From an uncultured Gemmatimonadaceae bacterium (lineage in GTDB: Bacteria > Gemmatimonadota > Gemmatimonadetes > Longimicrobiales > RSA9): DNA of 64,000 nucleotides. Each line of letters opens with the position of its first letter. Position 1 is the first letter of the stretch. Of this stretch, positions 19,163-28,424 are shown piece after piece. The notes below the pieces were generated by a model. That model searched no databases. It was not told the DNA's origin and saw nothing but the letters and a program-made list of their open reading frames with translations. A program made the translations under genes and the position numbers. Where the stretch lies: the NCBI GenBank assembly GCA_964444685.1, contig CAYUIG010000002.1, positions 49,586 to 113,585 of the forward strand, in the 5' to 3' direction.

Positions 19163-20187
19163 GATTGTTTGAGGCCGTACAGCTTGATCTTGCGCAGCAG
19201 TGTCGGTCTCGAGATCTGAAGCAGGCGTGCGGCACGGGAGTGGTTGCCACCCGTGAGCCGCAGCGTGATGCCGACGAGCTGCGCCTCCGCATCTGCGAGC
19301 GAAAGACCCGAGACCGGGACCGGGATCGAACCGGCGAGCGGCTTGTCCGTGACCGCGGATTCCGCCGCCACGGTCACGCGCGACTGGAGCGTGAGATGGA
19401 TCGGCAGGATCACATCCGCTTCCGCGAGCACGACCGCGCGCTCGATCGCGTTCTTCAGCTCGCGTACGTTACCCGGCCAGTTGTGAAGCCGGAGCAGTGC
19501 TTCGGTTTCGGGTGACAGCCGCTTCGGCGGCAGCCCCTTCTCCCGGCACGATACGGCCACGAAATGGCGTGCGAGACGCTCGATGTCGCCATCACGCGCG
19601 CGCAGCGCCGGCAGCTCGAGGCGGAAGACGTTCAGACGGTAGTAGAGGTCCTCGCGGAACCGGCCCGCGGAAACGGCGGCGTGAAGATTCGCGTTGCCGG
19701 CGGAGATGATGCGGCAGCGGATCGGATGCTCGGTGAGGCCTCCGACGCGGCGGATGCTCTGCGTCTCGAGTGCGCGCAGCAGTTTCGCCTGGAGCTGGAG
19801 TGGCAGCTCGGTCACCTCATCGAGGAACACCGACCCGGCCGCGGCCACCTCCAGCAGCCCGAGCTTGCGTGCGGTGGCGTTCGTGAACGAACCGCGCTCG
19901 TGACCGAACAGCTCGGACTCCAGCAGCTGCTCCGGGATCGCCGCGCAGTTGATGGCAACGAACGGATCCGATGCGTTGGGGCCGCCGTAGTGGATACCGC
20001 GCGCGAACAGCTCCTTGCCCGTCCCGGTCTCGCCCTGGATGAGCACCGAAACGCTCGGATGTACGGCGACCCGGCAGGCCAGCGCGATCGCGGTGCGGAT
20101 CGCCAGGCTCTCACCGATCACGCTCGAGAACGCCGTCTCCGGCGCGTCGGGCGCATGCTGTTCTGACTGTGTGGCTGCTGCCGACAC
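19159..20187 (-). CDS. sigma-54-dependent transcriptional activator (AAA+ plus Fis-type HTH), no receiver or sensory domain
   Basis: Walker A GETGTGKE begins ~50 aa from the N-terminus. ESELFGHERGSFTNA loop and C-terminal HTH NHSRAARLLQISRPTLLRKIK. 4-bp overlap with the downstream TPR-HD-GYP gene. Confidence 0.9.
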   Translation of the reverse strand: MSAAATQSEQHAPDAPETAFSSVIGESLAIRTAIALACRVAVHPSVSVLIQGETGTGKELFARGIHYGGPNASDPFVAINCAAIPEQLLESELFGHERGSFTNATARKLGLLEVAAAGSVFLDEVTELPLQLQAKLLRALETQSIRRVGGLTEHPIRCRIISAGNANLHAAVSAGRFREDLYYRLNVFRLELPALRARDGDIERLARHFVAVSCREKGLPPKRLSPETEALLRLHNWPGNVRELKNAIERAVVLAEADVILPIHLTLQSRVTVAAESAVTDKPLAGSIPVPVSGLSLADAEAQLVGITLRLTGGNHSRAARLLQISRPTLLRKIKLYGLKQS

Positions 20188-20349
20188 GACTCGCCTCCGG
20201 CCCTCGTCAGCCGGTCGTACAATGGATGTTCTGTTTCGGGAGCCGTCGAGGGGAGAGAAACCCGGTGGGGCCCGCAGGACCGAGCGGTCCGTAACGCTTC
20301 TTTACAAATTTGCGACCGGGGCGCACCCCGAATCAAGCTTTTTCCCCTC

Positions 20350-20383
20350 GGTGGCCGGAACGCGCAAGTGCGTTCCGGCCACC
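20350..20383. other. 14-bp perfect stem-loop immediately downstream of the TPR gene stop
   Basis: GGTGGCCGGAACGC, a 6-nt loop, then GCGTTCCGGCCACC. There is no U-tract in the minus-strand sense. Confidence 0.45.
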
Positions 20384-20387
20384 GGCT

Positions 20388-21452
20388 TCACACGGCCGCA
20401 ACCGGCTGTGCGGGAACTTCACCCAGCCGCGCATCCACCTTGCGGCGGTCGCGGGCTGCACCGATCGAGTCGAACATGTCACGTGCTCGCGTCCATGCGG
20501 CGCGCGCTTCGGCACGCCGCCCGGCCTGGAGATACAGCTCGCCGAGCTCGCGGCCGACGTTGGCTTCCAGCAGCAGGTCCTGGCATTCGCCGGCCAGCGA
20601 CGCGGCCGCGGAGAGCTGCTCCTCCGCCTGACGCAGCTCGCCCATGTCGCGGGCCACGACCGCCGAGAGCCGGAGCGCCTCGGCTTCACGGACGCGGTCG
20701 CTGCGCTGCCTTGCAAGGCGCAGCGCCCGCCTCGTCGAGCGCGCGGCCGCGGACCAGCGCGCCCGCGCCGCCGCCAGCTCCGCCCGGTTCAGCTCGACGG
20801 AGTTGAGGATCGACAGGTCGCCGATACCCTCTGCGATGCGCGCGGCCTCGTCGAACGCGCGCTCCGCATGCGGCCACTTCCCGCGCTCCGTGTACAACAC
20901 ACCCAGATTGTTGAGTACCGACGCGATCATCTCGTCGTCGTTCGCGCGCCGGAAATTCAGGAGCGCACTTTCGTAGCGCTCCAGTGCTGCATCCATGTCG
21001 CCGCGGATCGTCGAGATCACCGCAAGGTTCTGCTCGATCTGCGCGAGCAATCTCGACTCATCCAGACCGCGCGCCATGCGGGCCGCGCGCAGAAACATCA
21101 TCTCGCCGTGCCCCAGGCGGCCGCGCCTCACTTCCACGACCGCCAGCCAGTTCACGGCATTCGCGATGCCCTTCGAGTAGCCGATTCGCTCGGCCAGATC
21201 GAGGGCCTCGAGGTACCGTTGCTCGGCCTGCTCCGTATCACCGCGCTCGCGGTGCACACAACCCATCCGTCGCAGCGCATCCGCCGTCCGCTCATCCTTC
21301 GGCCGGTACGAAACCACTTCCTCGTACAGCCGCATGGCCTCTTCCGGATTCCCCGACTTCATCGCCGCTTCGGCAGCCTTCAGCATCGGCTCCCGGACAT
21401 CGCCGGCGGGCTGGGTGCGCATCGGGTCCTCCGATCCGCTCGCGCGCCGCAT
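20388..21452 (-). CDS. TPR-repeat protein (cytoplasmic)
   Basis: 354 aa of tandem 34-40-aa helical repeats (A..Y..AL......G) with no signal peptide. Confidence 0.8.
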   Translation of the reverse strand: MRRASGSEDPMRTQPAGDVREPMLKAAEAAMKSGNPEEAMRLYEEVVSYRPKDERTADALRRMGCVHRERGDTEQAEQRYLEALDLAERIGYSKGIANAVNWLAVVEVRRGRLGHGEMMFLRAARMARGLDESRLLAQIEQNLAVISTIRGDMDAALERYESALLNFRRANDDEMIASVLNNLGVLYTERGKWPHAERAFDEAARIAEGIGDLSILNSVELNRAELAAARARWSAAARSTRRALRLARQRSDRVREAEALRLSAVVARDMGELRQAEEQLSAAASLAGECQDLLLEANVGRELGELYLQAGRRAEARAAWTRARDMFDSIGAARDRRKVDARLGEVPAQPVAAV

Positions 21453-21454
21453 CT

Positions 21455-22087
21455 CTACGCGCCCACCAGGATGAAGCCCCGGCGGAAGCCGACGCTGTAG
21501 CTCGAGAAGTGCTCGATCGGGAAGATCGCACGGAACCCGTTCAGCTGGAGCCCGAACGTCTCTTCCGCGTCGAGCGAGCCATCCTCGGCATCGTCGTTGT
21601 GGTACACGCCGATGATTCCGTTCAGCAGCGACCGGTTCGATCCGGCCTCCGTGTTCACCAGGCTCAGCGACAGGATCGCCGGCAACCGGAACTGAAGACC
21701 GTGCGGCTCGAAGCGCACGTCCATGAAGTCACCGCGCGGGACGGTCAGCGTGATGAGCACGTCCTCCTTTAGCGCGAGCGGCGGAATCACGAGCTGCACG
21801 CCGGCGCCGGCAATCACGCCGCCCAGGCGCCCGATCACCTTCGACGTCGTGTAGTCGGCCGTCTGCGTCTGCGTGCGCTTCACCGCGCGCAGCGACTGCA
21901 TCTCTGTCTGTGGGGACCCGTCGCGGCCGCCCAGGCCGGGGATCCAGTCGGACAGGCCGTACGCGGCCTCGCCCTTCATCGACGGCTGCCCGACCGGTGC
22001 GGTCGTGTCCGCCGTCTCACAGGCCGTCAGCACCACCAGCAGCGGCAGCGCGGTCAGCCAGCGAAGCATCCGTTCCAATCGAAGCAT
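21455..22087 (-). CDS. hypothetical lipoprotein
   Basis: MLRLERMLRWLTALPLLVVLTACETAD lipobox with AGAGG RBS 6 nt upstream. Start moved to the internal Met. Ends 2 nt before the TPR gene start. Confidence 0.6.
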   Translation of the reverse strand: MLRLERMLRWLTALPLLVVLTACETADTTAPVGQPSMKGEAAYGLSDWIPGLGGRDGSPQTEMQSLRAVKRTQTQTADYTTSKVIGRLGGVIAGAGVQLVIPPLALKEDVLITLTVPRGDFMDVRFEPHGLQFRLPAILSLSLVNTEAGSNRSLLNGIIGVYHNDDAEDGSLDAEETFGLQLNGFRAIFPIEHFSSYSVGFRRGFILVGA

Positions 22088-22524
22088 CGTCGCCTCTTTG
22101 GTGTCATGGGGACTGCATTGCGTCGGCGACCCTATGGACAAACCGCATGCCGGAATCGGCCAAGTGGGCAGTGTTCGTGTTTTCAACGACTTGCAGCATC
22201 GCAGCGGGCGTTGCGGATCCTGGTCCGGGCGGCCGCTGTTGCGCCCGCCCACGCCGCATTGTCAAGCATCGTGACACCTTCAGCGCATCGATCGGGGAGT
22301 CTTTGCGCGGTCGCCGACACTTTGTGCTGTTCGGCCCACGCGTACGCGCGCGGACGTGACCGCTCGCGGGACGCGCCGTGCCGGACCCGGCCGAATCCCG
22401 GGCCTGATCACGGCGCCGTCGAAACGGTCAAACGCATGAATGGGCGCAGGATGCGCGCGCGTGAGACGTCCGGCACGTCCCTTGTCCCGGGCGTACCCGA
22501 CCCGCACGAGGAGCGACCGAGATC

Positions 22525-24957
22525 ATGCACGACATCCTCCGCGACCTCCGCTACTCCCTGCGCACGCTGCGACGGAGCCCCGGCTTCACCCTCGCCGCGC
22601 TCCTGACGCTGGCCCTGGGCATCGGCGCGAATACCGCCGTCTTCAGCCTCGTTCACGGCGTGCTGCTGCGGCCGCTGTCGTATCCGGAGGCCTCGGAGCT
22701 CACGGTGCTGTGGGCGAGGAACCTGCGCGAGAACATCGAGCGGGACATCACGTCCTACCCGAACTTCACGGACTGGCAGTCACGGACGCGGGTTTTCGAG
22801 AGCATGGCGGCGAATGCCGGCACGTTCGCCACGCTGACGGGCGCCGGCGAACCAGAGCAGCTCCGGGCTGCTCTCGTCACGCAGGACTTTTTCAGGACGC
22901 TCGGTGTCACGCCGGCGGTCGGGCGTGTCCCGGCGGCGGACGAGCACACTGCCGGCGGGCCGCAGGTCGTCGTGCTGTCGCATGGGGTCTGGCAGGAGCG
23001 CTTCGGCGCGGACCCATCGGTCGCAGGTCGCACGATCAGCCTGAACGGCGATCCGTACACAGTGGTCGGCGTGATGCCGCGCGATTTCGCGCATCCCGAG
23101 GATGCGCGTCTGTGGATGCCGCTCGAAGCACGCGCATCGCTCCAGCAGCAGCTCGAGGCGCGCGGCGCACTATGGCTCTCCGTCATCGGCCGACTCGCAC
23201 CGGGAGTCGAGCTCACGCGTGCGCAGAACGAGATGACGTCGATCGCGGCCGCGCTCGAGGAGGAGTACCCGGACGCGAACGAGGGCATGGGCGTGTTCGT
23301 CGAACCGCTGCACGAGACGATCGTCGGGGACGTCCGTCCCGCGCTGCTCGTGCTACTCGGCGCCGTCGCGTTCGTGCTGCTCATCGCGTGCGCGAACGTT
23401 GCCAACCTGCTGCTCGCGCGCGGTGCGGGCCGCCGCAAGGAACTCGCGGTGCGCATCGCGATCGGCGCCGAGCGCGGTCGCATCATCCGTCAGCTCGTCA
23501 CCGAGAGCCTCGTGCTCGCGGTCGCGGGCGGAGCGACGGGACTGTTGCTGGCTTCGTGGGCGGTGAGTGCGCTCGCGGCCGCGGGCTCCGTCGACCTGCC
23601 AAGGATCGCCGACGTGCGCATCGATCCGACCGTCGCGCTCTTCACGGTCGGACTCTCGATCGCCGCCGGCATCCTGTTCGGCCTCGCACCGGCACTCCAG
23701 GCCGCGGGACGCGATGTCGCGGCTTCCCTGCGCCAGGGCGGGCGTGAAGATGCCAGCGGCGAGTCCGCCGTACGCCTGCGCCCGATCCTGGTCGTCGCCG
23801 AGATCGCGCTCGCGCTCGTGCTCCTCTCCGGCGCCGGCCTGATGATCCGCAGCTTCGCCGCGATGGCCGCCCTCGACCCCGGCTTCAATCCCGATGGTGT
23901 ACTGACCGTGCGCATGGCGCCTTCACCACGAGCCTATCCCGAGGACGAGGACCTGACCGCGTTCTGGCAGGAAGTCGTACAGCGCGTGGGTACACTGCCG
24001 GGCGTTCGCTCCGCGGGCGCCGTGTCCACGCTCTTCCTCGCCCGGCTGCCCAACATGACGAGCATCGCGGTGGAGGGCGCGCCGCCGCCGCCCGACAACG
24101 CGCCCGTCGTATCGGTCGCGTACTCCGGTGCCACGCCCGGCTACCTCGATGCATTCGGTCTCCGCCTCGCCGCCGGTCGCGACTTCGACACGCGCGACCG
24201 CGCCGACGGCCAGGCCGTGGCGATCGTCAACGAGACGTTCCTTCGCCAGTTCATGCCGGAAGGCGATCCGATCGGCCGCCGCTTCACATACAACAATCCC
24301 GAGAATCCCGACGCGGTCTGGCAGACGGTCATCGGCGTGATCCGCGATGCAAAGCGCTCCGGCCTCGACCAGCCGGTACGACCCGAGGCCTACCATCCGA
24401 CCACGCAGTTCGCCGCACGCAGCATGACGCTGCTCGTGCGCACGGGCGGCGATCCGCTCGCGCTCGCACAGCCCATCCGTTCCCTCGTGCGCGGCATCGA
24501 TGCCGACATGCCGATCGCACGCGTTGCCACCGTGAACGAGCTGATGTCGGAGTCCGTTGCGACCCGGCGCCTCGTCGCGCGCACGCTCCTCGCCTTTTCC
24601 GTGCTCGCCACGGTGCTCGCCGGTATCGGCATCTACGGTGTGATGGCGTACCTCGTCGGCAGGCGCACGCGCGAGCTGGGCATCCGCATGGCGCTCGGCG
24701 CCGATCCCGGCGACGTCGTGAAGCTCGTGCTGCGTCAGGCCGGCACCCAGATCGCGGCCGGCCTCGTGCTCGGTGTGGGCGGTGCGATCACACTGACGCG
24801 TTTCCTGTCCAGCCAGCTTTTTGGTGTGAGCCCTACGGATCCGCTGACACTCTCAGCCGTAGCGGGCGTTCTGGCAGGCGCGGCGCTGCTTGCGAGCTGG
24901 GTGCCCGCACGGCGCGCGGCCCGCGTGGATCCGATGCGTGTGATGCGCGCGGAATAG
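22525..24957 (+). CDS. ADOP-family duplicated permease (MacB-like, 2x FtsX), no ATPase domain
   Basis: N-terminus DLRYSLRTLRRSPGFT, 810 aa, two FtsX-like 4-TM modules, C-terminal ARRAARVDPMRVMRAE. Confidence 0.9.
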   Translation: MHDILRDLRYSLRTLRRSPGFTLAALLTLALGIGANTAVFSLVHGVLLRPLSYPEASELTVLWARNLRENIERDITSYPNFTDWQSRTRVFESMAANAGTFATLTGAGEPEQLRAALVTQDFFRTLGVTPAVGRVPAADEHTAGGPQVVVLSHGVWQERFGADPSVAGRTISLNGDPYTVVGVMPRDFAHPEDARLWMPLEARASLQQQLEARGALWLSVIGRLAPGVELTRAQNEMTSIAAALEEEYPDANEGMGVFVEPLHETIVGDVRPALLVLLGAVAFVLLIACANVANLLLARGAGRRKELAVRIAIGAERGRIIRQLVTESLVLAVAGGATGLLLASWAVSALAAAGSVDLPRIADVRIDPTVALFTVGLSIAAGILFGLAPALQAAGRDVAASLRQGGREDASGESAVRLRPILVVAEIALALVLLSGAGLMIRSFAAMAALDPGFNPDGVLTVRMAPSPRAYPEDEDLTAFWQEVVQRVGTLPGVRSAGAVSTLFLARLPNMTSIAVEGAPPPPDNAPVVSVAYSGATPGYLDAFGLRLAAGRDFDTRDRADGQAVAIVNETFLRQFMPEGDPIGRRFTYNNPENPDAVWQTVIGVIRDAKRSGLDQPVRPEAYHPTTQFAARSMTLLVRTGGDPLALAQPIRSLVRGIDADMPIARVATVNELMSESVATRRLVARTLLAFSVLATVLAGIGIYGVMAYLVGRRTRELGIRMALGADPGDVVKLVLRQAGTQIAAGLVLGVGGAITLTRFLSSQLFGVSPTDPLTLSAVAGVLAGAALLASWVPARRAARVDPMRVMRAE

Positions 24958-25005
24958 CCGTTCTGGAACCCTCCTTGCACACATTTTCGTGCAAGGAGGT
25001 GGAGT

Positions 25006-25398
25006 ATGCAGTACCAACGCAGAACATCGTTTGCGGCCGCGCTACTGGCCACTCTTGCGGCCGCCGGCTGTGGCAGCGCGCCGGAGCCCACGACCGGCCA
25101 GCCGGCACCGATGGGCGACCGTGCGTTTGGCGTCGAGGTGCGGAATACGAGCGGCACCGCCGCGGCCATCGACGTATTCCTCGTGCCGGTCACCGGAAAT
25201 CCGCGCCTGGTCGGGCGGGTCGGGCCGAACGAAAGCGAGATGCTGACGTTCGAGGAAGTGGCCGTAGGACCGTACCGTTTCCTCGCACGAACCATCGACG
25301 GGCGCCAGATCGTGTCCGATGAATTCTCGCTCGCGGGCGCACGCCTCTTGCGCTGGAACCTCTTTACCAATCAGGTAGAGATCATTCAGCGGAGATGA
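25006..25398 (+). CDS. hypothetical lipoprotein (tandem paralog 1)
   Basis: LLATLAAAGCGS lipobox and GGAGGTGGAG upstream. Alignable by eye along its length with the next gene. Confidence 0.65.
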   Translation: MQYQRRTSFAAALLATLAAAGCGSAPEPTTGQPAPMGDRAFGVEVRNTSGTAAAIDVFLVPVTGNPRLVGRVGPNESEMLTFEEVAVGPYRFLARTIDGRQIVSDEFSLAGARLLRWNLFTNQVEIIQRR

Positions 25399-25454
25399 GG
25401 CGAGTCCGGGCCGGAATCGGCACGGCGGCCTCCCCCCAGCGCGGAGGTATCGTC

Positions 25455-25820
25455 GTGCCATTCCGGTCTCTTGCCACCCTGATCGTCGCCGTCCTCGCCT
25501 TCGGTTGTGCCTCCACCAGCGAGAACCCCGAGGGTGCGGACCTGAGCTACACGGTGCAGGTCATCAACAACGTGCCGCAGGGCCAGCCGATCGACGTGCA
25601 CCTGCTCGCGCCGTCCGGCCGAACGCGCCTCATCGGACACGTCCAGGCCAACGCATCGGCCACGTTCCGCTTCGAGGAGATCCCGGAAGGGTCGTATCGC
25701 TTCGTCGCGCGCAACATCAGCGGCAGCGAGCTGCGCTCGCCATCCTTCGATCTCACCGGCGCGCGCGTCCTCGAGTGGAACATGCTCGGCAATGTCGTCA
25801 ACCTGATCGAACGTCGCTGA
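25455..25820 (+). CDS. hypothetical lipoprotein (tandem paralog 2)
   Basis: GTG start with GGAGG 7 nt upstream and an AVLAFGCAS lipobox. Shares the pattern V.V.N......IDV.L....G...L.G.V..N.S..F.FEE...G.YRF.AR with 25006..25398. Confidence 0.6.
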   Translation: MPFRSLATLIVAVLAFGCASTSENPEGADLSYTVQVINNVPQGQPIDVHLLAPSGRTRLIGHVQANASATFRFEEIPEGSYRFVARNISGSELRSPSFDLTGARVLEWNMLGNVVNLIERR

Positions 25821-25821
25821 G

Positions 25822-27135
25822 CTAAGCGCGCGCTCCCTCGGCCGACGGTGCTGGTGCCGCCGTGGGTGCCGGCAGTTCTCCCGACCGATCCAGGGCGCGG
25901 CGGAAGAGGATGGGGCCGACCGTCTGATTCACGGCGATCAGCGCGAGCAGCAGGCTGCGCAGCGTCTCTCCGTGGCTCGGATACGCCTCGGCCACGATGT
26001 TGGCCAGCCCGATCGCGACCCCGACCTGCGAGACGAGGCCGAGCCACACCCACCGGCGTTCCGGCTGCGGCGCACGCGCCCACGCCGCGCCGATGCGCAC
26101 GCCGGTCCAGATGCCGGCGGCGCGCACGACCGCGATCGGCAGGATGAGCGGCATCAGCGGCGCCACGAGTCCAAGGTCGATCTTGGCGCCGGAGAGCGCG
26201 AAGAACACCACGAAGATCATCGCGGCGGACCGTTCGATCGCGTGGCGCAGCTCCTCGCCGCGCGGTGACGCGTTTTCCGCGACGAAGCCCGCCGCGAGCA
26301 GCGTGAGCAGCAGCTCGGTGTGCAGCAGCTCGGCCAGCTCGAGGCCGAAGAATGCTACGAGGATGCCGAACATGATCAGCTCACGCCCGACGTATCGCAG
26401 ATAGAGTGCGATACCCGCGCCGATCAGCGCACCGATCACCAGCGCGCCGCCGATCTCCCAGAGGATCAGCCCGAAGCTCATGTCCGGGCCGCCACCACCC
26501 GCCGTGAGCGACCGCGACAGTGTCAGCATCGCGCTGAACAGGAGCACCACCACGACGTCCGCGATGAGCACGACGCCGAGCGTCGTACGCGCAACCGGAC
26601 CCCGTGCGCCCGTCTCCGCGAGCAGCGCGAGCGTGACCGCCGGGGAGTGCACGATGGCCACCGATGCGAACAGCAGCACGAAGGCCAGCACCTCTCCCAG
26701 CGGCGCACCGCGCAGCGGCGGGATGAACTCGTGCACGCCGTACAGCAGCCCCACGAGTGCGACGAACGCAACCAGCAGCTCGACGCCGGTGATCTTGAGC
26801 AGCAGGACGCCGCGCTCGCGCACTTCCTTCCACTGCAGCTCCGCACCCGCGAGGAACGCGATCATCGCGACGGCGAGGTTGCTCACGGTCGTGAGCCGCT
26901 CGGCGCCCTCGTGGGACACGACGCCCAGGACGTACGGACCGAAGACGACACCTGCGATCAGATAGCCGACGATCTTCGGAATGCGGATGGCCGTGGCGAT
27001 CTCGCCGACGGTGTACGCCGCCAGAATGATGAACCCGAAGGACAGCAGCGCCTGCGAGCCGTGCCCCTGCGATCCGAGCGGCAGGATCAGTTCGGTGCCC
27101 GCGAGCAGGAAGAGCAGGATCAGCAGCCGCCTCAC
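25822..27135 (-). CDS. cation:proton antiporter (CPA-type, Na+/H+ exchanger family membrane protein)
   Basis: 437 aa, about 12 TM, with glycine-rich helices typical of the Na_H_Exchanger fold. No soluble KTN/RCK domain. Confidence 0.75.
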   Translation of the reverse strand: MRRLLILLFLLAGTELILPLGSQGHGSQALLSFGFIILAAYTVGEIATAIRIPKIVGYLIAGVVFGPYVLGVVSHEGAERLTTVSNLAVAMIAFLAGAELQWKEVRERGVLLLKITGVELLVAFVALVGLLYGVHEFIPPLRGAPLGEVLAFVLLFASVAIVHSPAVTLALLAETGARGPVARTTLGVVLIADVVVVLLFSAMLTLSRSLTAGGGGPDMSFGLILWEIGGALVIGALIGAGIALYLRYVGRELIMFGILVAFFGLELAELLHTELLLTLLAAGFVAENASPRGEELRHAIERSAAMIFVVFFALSGAKIDLGLVAPLMPLILPIAVVRAAGIWTGVRIGAAWARAPQPERRWVWLGLVSQVGVAIGLANIVAEAYPSHGETLRSLLLALIAVNQTVGPILFRRALDRSGELPAPTAAPAPSAEGARA

Positions 27136-28355
27136 GACGCGCTCCCTTCCGTCGGCTCCGCTTCCGCCGTCGCTGCCTGCATGCGCGACCGGTAGGACGA
27201 AACCAGCGCCTTCACAACACGCGCCGAGAACAGGTCGGTCAGCAGCAGCGACACGATGGTGGTCGTGAAGATGACGTGCGCGAGCGGCGAGTCATCGTAG
27301 AGCCGGTAGTTCAGTGCAATCGCGAGGGCGAGGCCGCCGTGGCCGAGGAGGCCGAGGCCCCAGCCGCTGCCGACCGCCGGCAGGATCCCCGCCGCCCGTG
27401 CGGACAGCCGTGCCGCTCCCACCTTGGCGAAGGGGCGCAGCAGCAGGAATACCACGGCGGGGACGATCCACGCGCCGCCCGGCTGCCACGCCGCGCCTGC
27501 GAATACCAGCAGCACGAAGTAGAGCGGCCGTTCCACGCGCGCGAGCACGTCGCGGATCTCCGTGCGCGTCGCGGACGTGTTCACGAGCACCATGCCGATC
27601 AGCATGGTCGGCAGCAGTGGAGACAGGCGCAGGTACGCGGCCGCGCCGCTGCTCAGGATGAGCGCGCCCGCGAGGGCGATGAACAGCCGGTCGATGTTCT
27701 TCTCGGAGCCGAGGAAGAGATGGAAGAGCGCGCCACCCACGAAGCCGATGCCGACCGCGATCACCGTCCACTCCGTCGCAGTCGGCCGCGGCGCGCCCTC
27801 GACGCGCGTGATCGACAGCAGCAGGCCGAACGCAAGGATGGCGACCACCGCGTCCACACCGGTCGTGATCTGGAGCTGCCGTACGACCGGCACGCGGTCC
27901 CGCAGTGTGCGCGCGACGAGCGCGATGCCCGCCGGCGCCGATGCGACGCCGATGGCGCCGAGCGCGACCGCAGGTTCGATCACGGACGCGCGCGGCAGCC
28001 CGAACCACCACATCAGCGTCGCGGCCATCACTCCGCCGATTACCACCAGCGTGATCGTGGCCTCCGCGAAGGCCGCCCGGAACGCCGCTGCAGGGAGCCG
28101 CAGCAGCTCCGGCACGAAGAACTGCACGCCCACCAGCGCCCCGATCCACCCGAATGCCAGGGTCAGGAACGGCGCGAACCGGTCCACGGTGCTGGCCGTG
28201 ATCACGTCCGAGACCTGCGGCCCCAGCAGCACCCCGAGCAGCAGATACTCCGCCCCTGACACCACGAAATAGCGGCGCGCCAGCCAGTCCAGAACGACGT
28301 GCGCCGACAGATACGCGGCCACGACGATGAGGATGAGGACGAGCCCGCTGCTCAA
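27132..28355 (-). CDS. cation:proton antiporter (second, translationally coupled copy)
   Basis: Polytopic membrane protein with 4-bp overlap with the downstream antiporter. The start is uncertain. A TTG at 28355 was chosen because the track N-terminus translates a repeat element (DPRLQTPDPE). Confidence 0.65.
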   Translation of the reverse strand: MSSGLVLILIVVAAYLSAHVVLDWLARRYFVVSGAEYLLLGVLLGPQVSDVITASTVDRFAPFLTLAFGWIGALVGVQFFVPELLRLPAAAFRAAFAEATITLVVIGGVMAATLMWWFGLPRASVIEPAVALGAIGVASAPAGIALVARTLRDRVPVVRQLQITTGVDAVVAILAFGLLLSITRVEGAPRPTATEWTVIAVGIGFVGGALFHLFLGSEKNIDRLFIALAGALILSSGAAAYLRLSPLLPTMLIGMVLVNTSATRTEIRDVLARVERPLYFVLLVFAGAAWQPGGAWIVPAVVFLLLRPFAKVGAARLSARAAGILPAVGSGWGLGLLGHGGLALAIALNYRLYDDSPLAHVIFTTTIVSLLLTDLFSARVVKALVSSYRSRMQAATAEAEPTEGSAS

Positions 28356-28424
28356 GCGCTTACCATGCGGTCGGCTCCTTTCCGGCCGGGAGGATGGTCC
28401 CGAGGTTTCGGGTTTGGCAACCGT

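Noticed and set aside
20188-20387. Possible tRNA or small RNA in the 200-bp spacer between the TPR gene and the sigma-54 activator
   Set aside because: No cloverleaf-compatible T-arm (GTTCGAATC-like) or acceptor pairing was seen. The only feature is the single 14-bp stem-loop at 20350-20383.
22259-22278. Palindrome TGTCAAGCATCGTGACA, whose minus-strand reading TGTCAC-GATGC-TTGAC resembles a sigma-54 -24/-12 promoter upstream of the lipoprotein/TPR genes
   Set aside because: Both invariant dinucleotides are broken (GG to GT, GC to GA). I regard it at most as an unassigned inverted repeat. No canonical TGGCAC-N5-TTGC was found in the window by eye.
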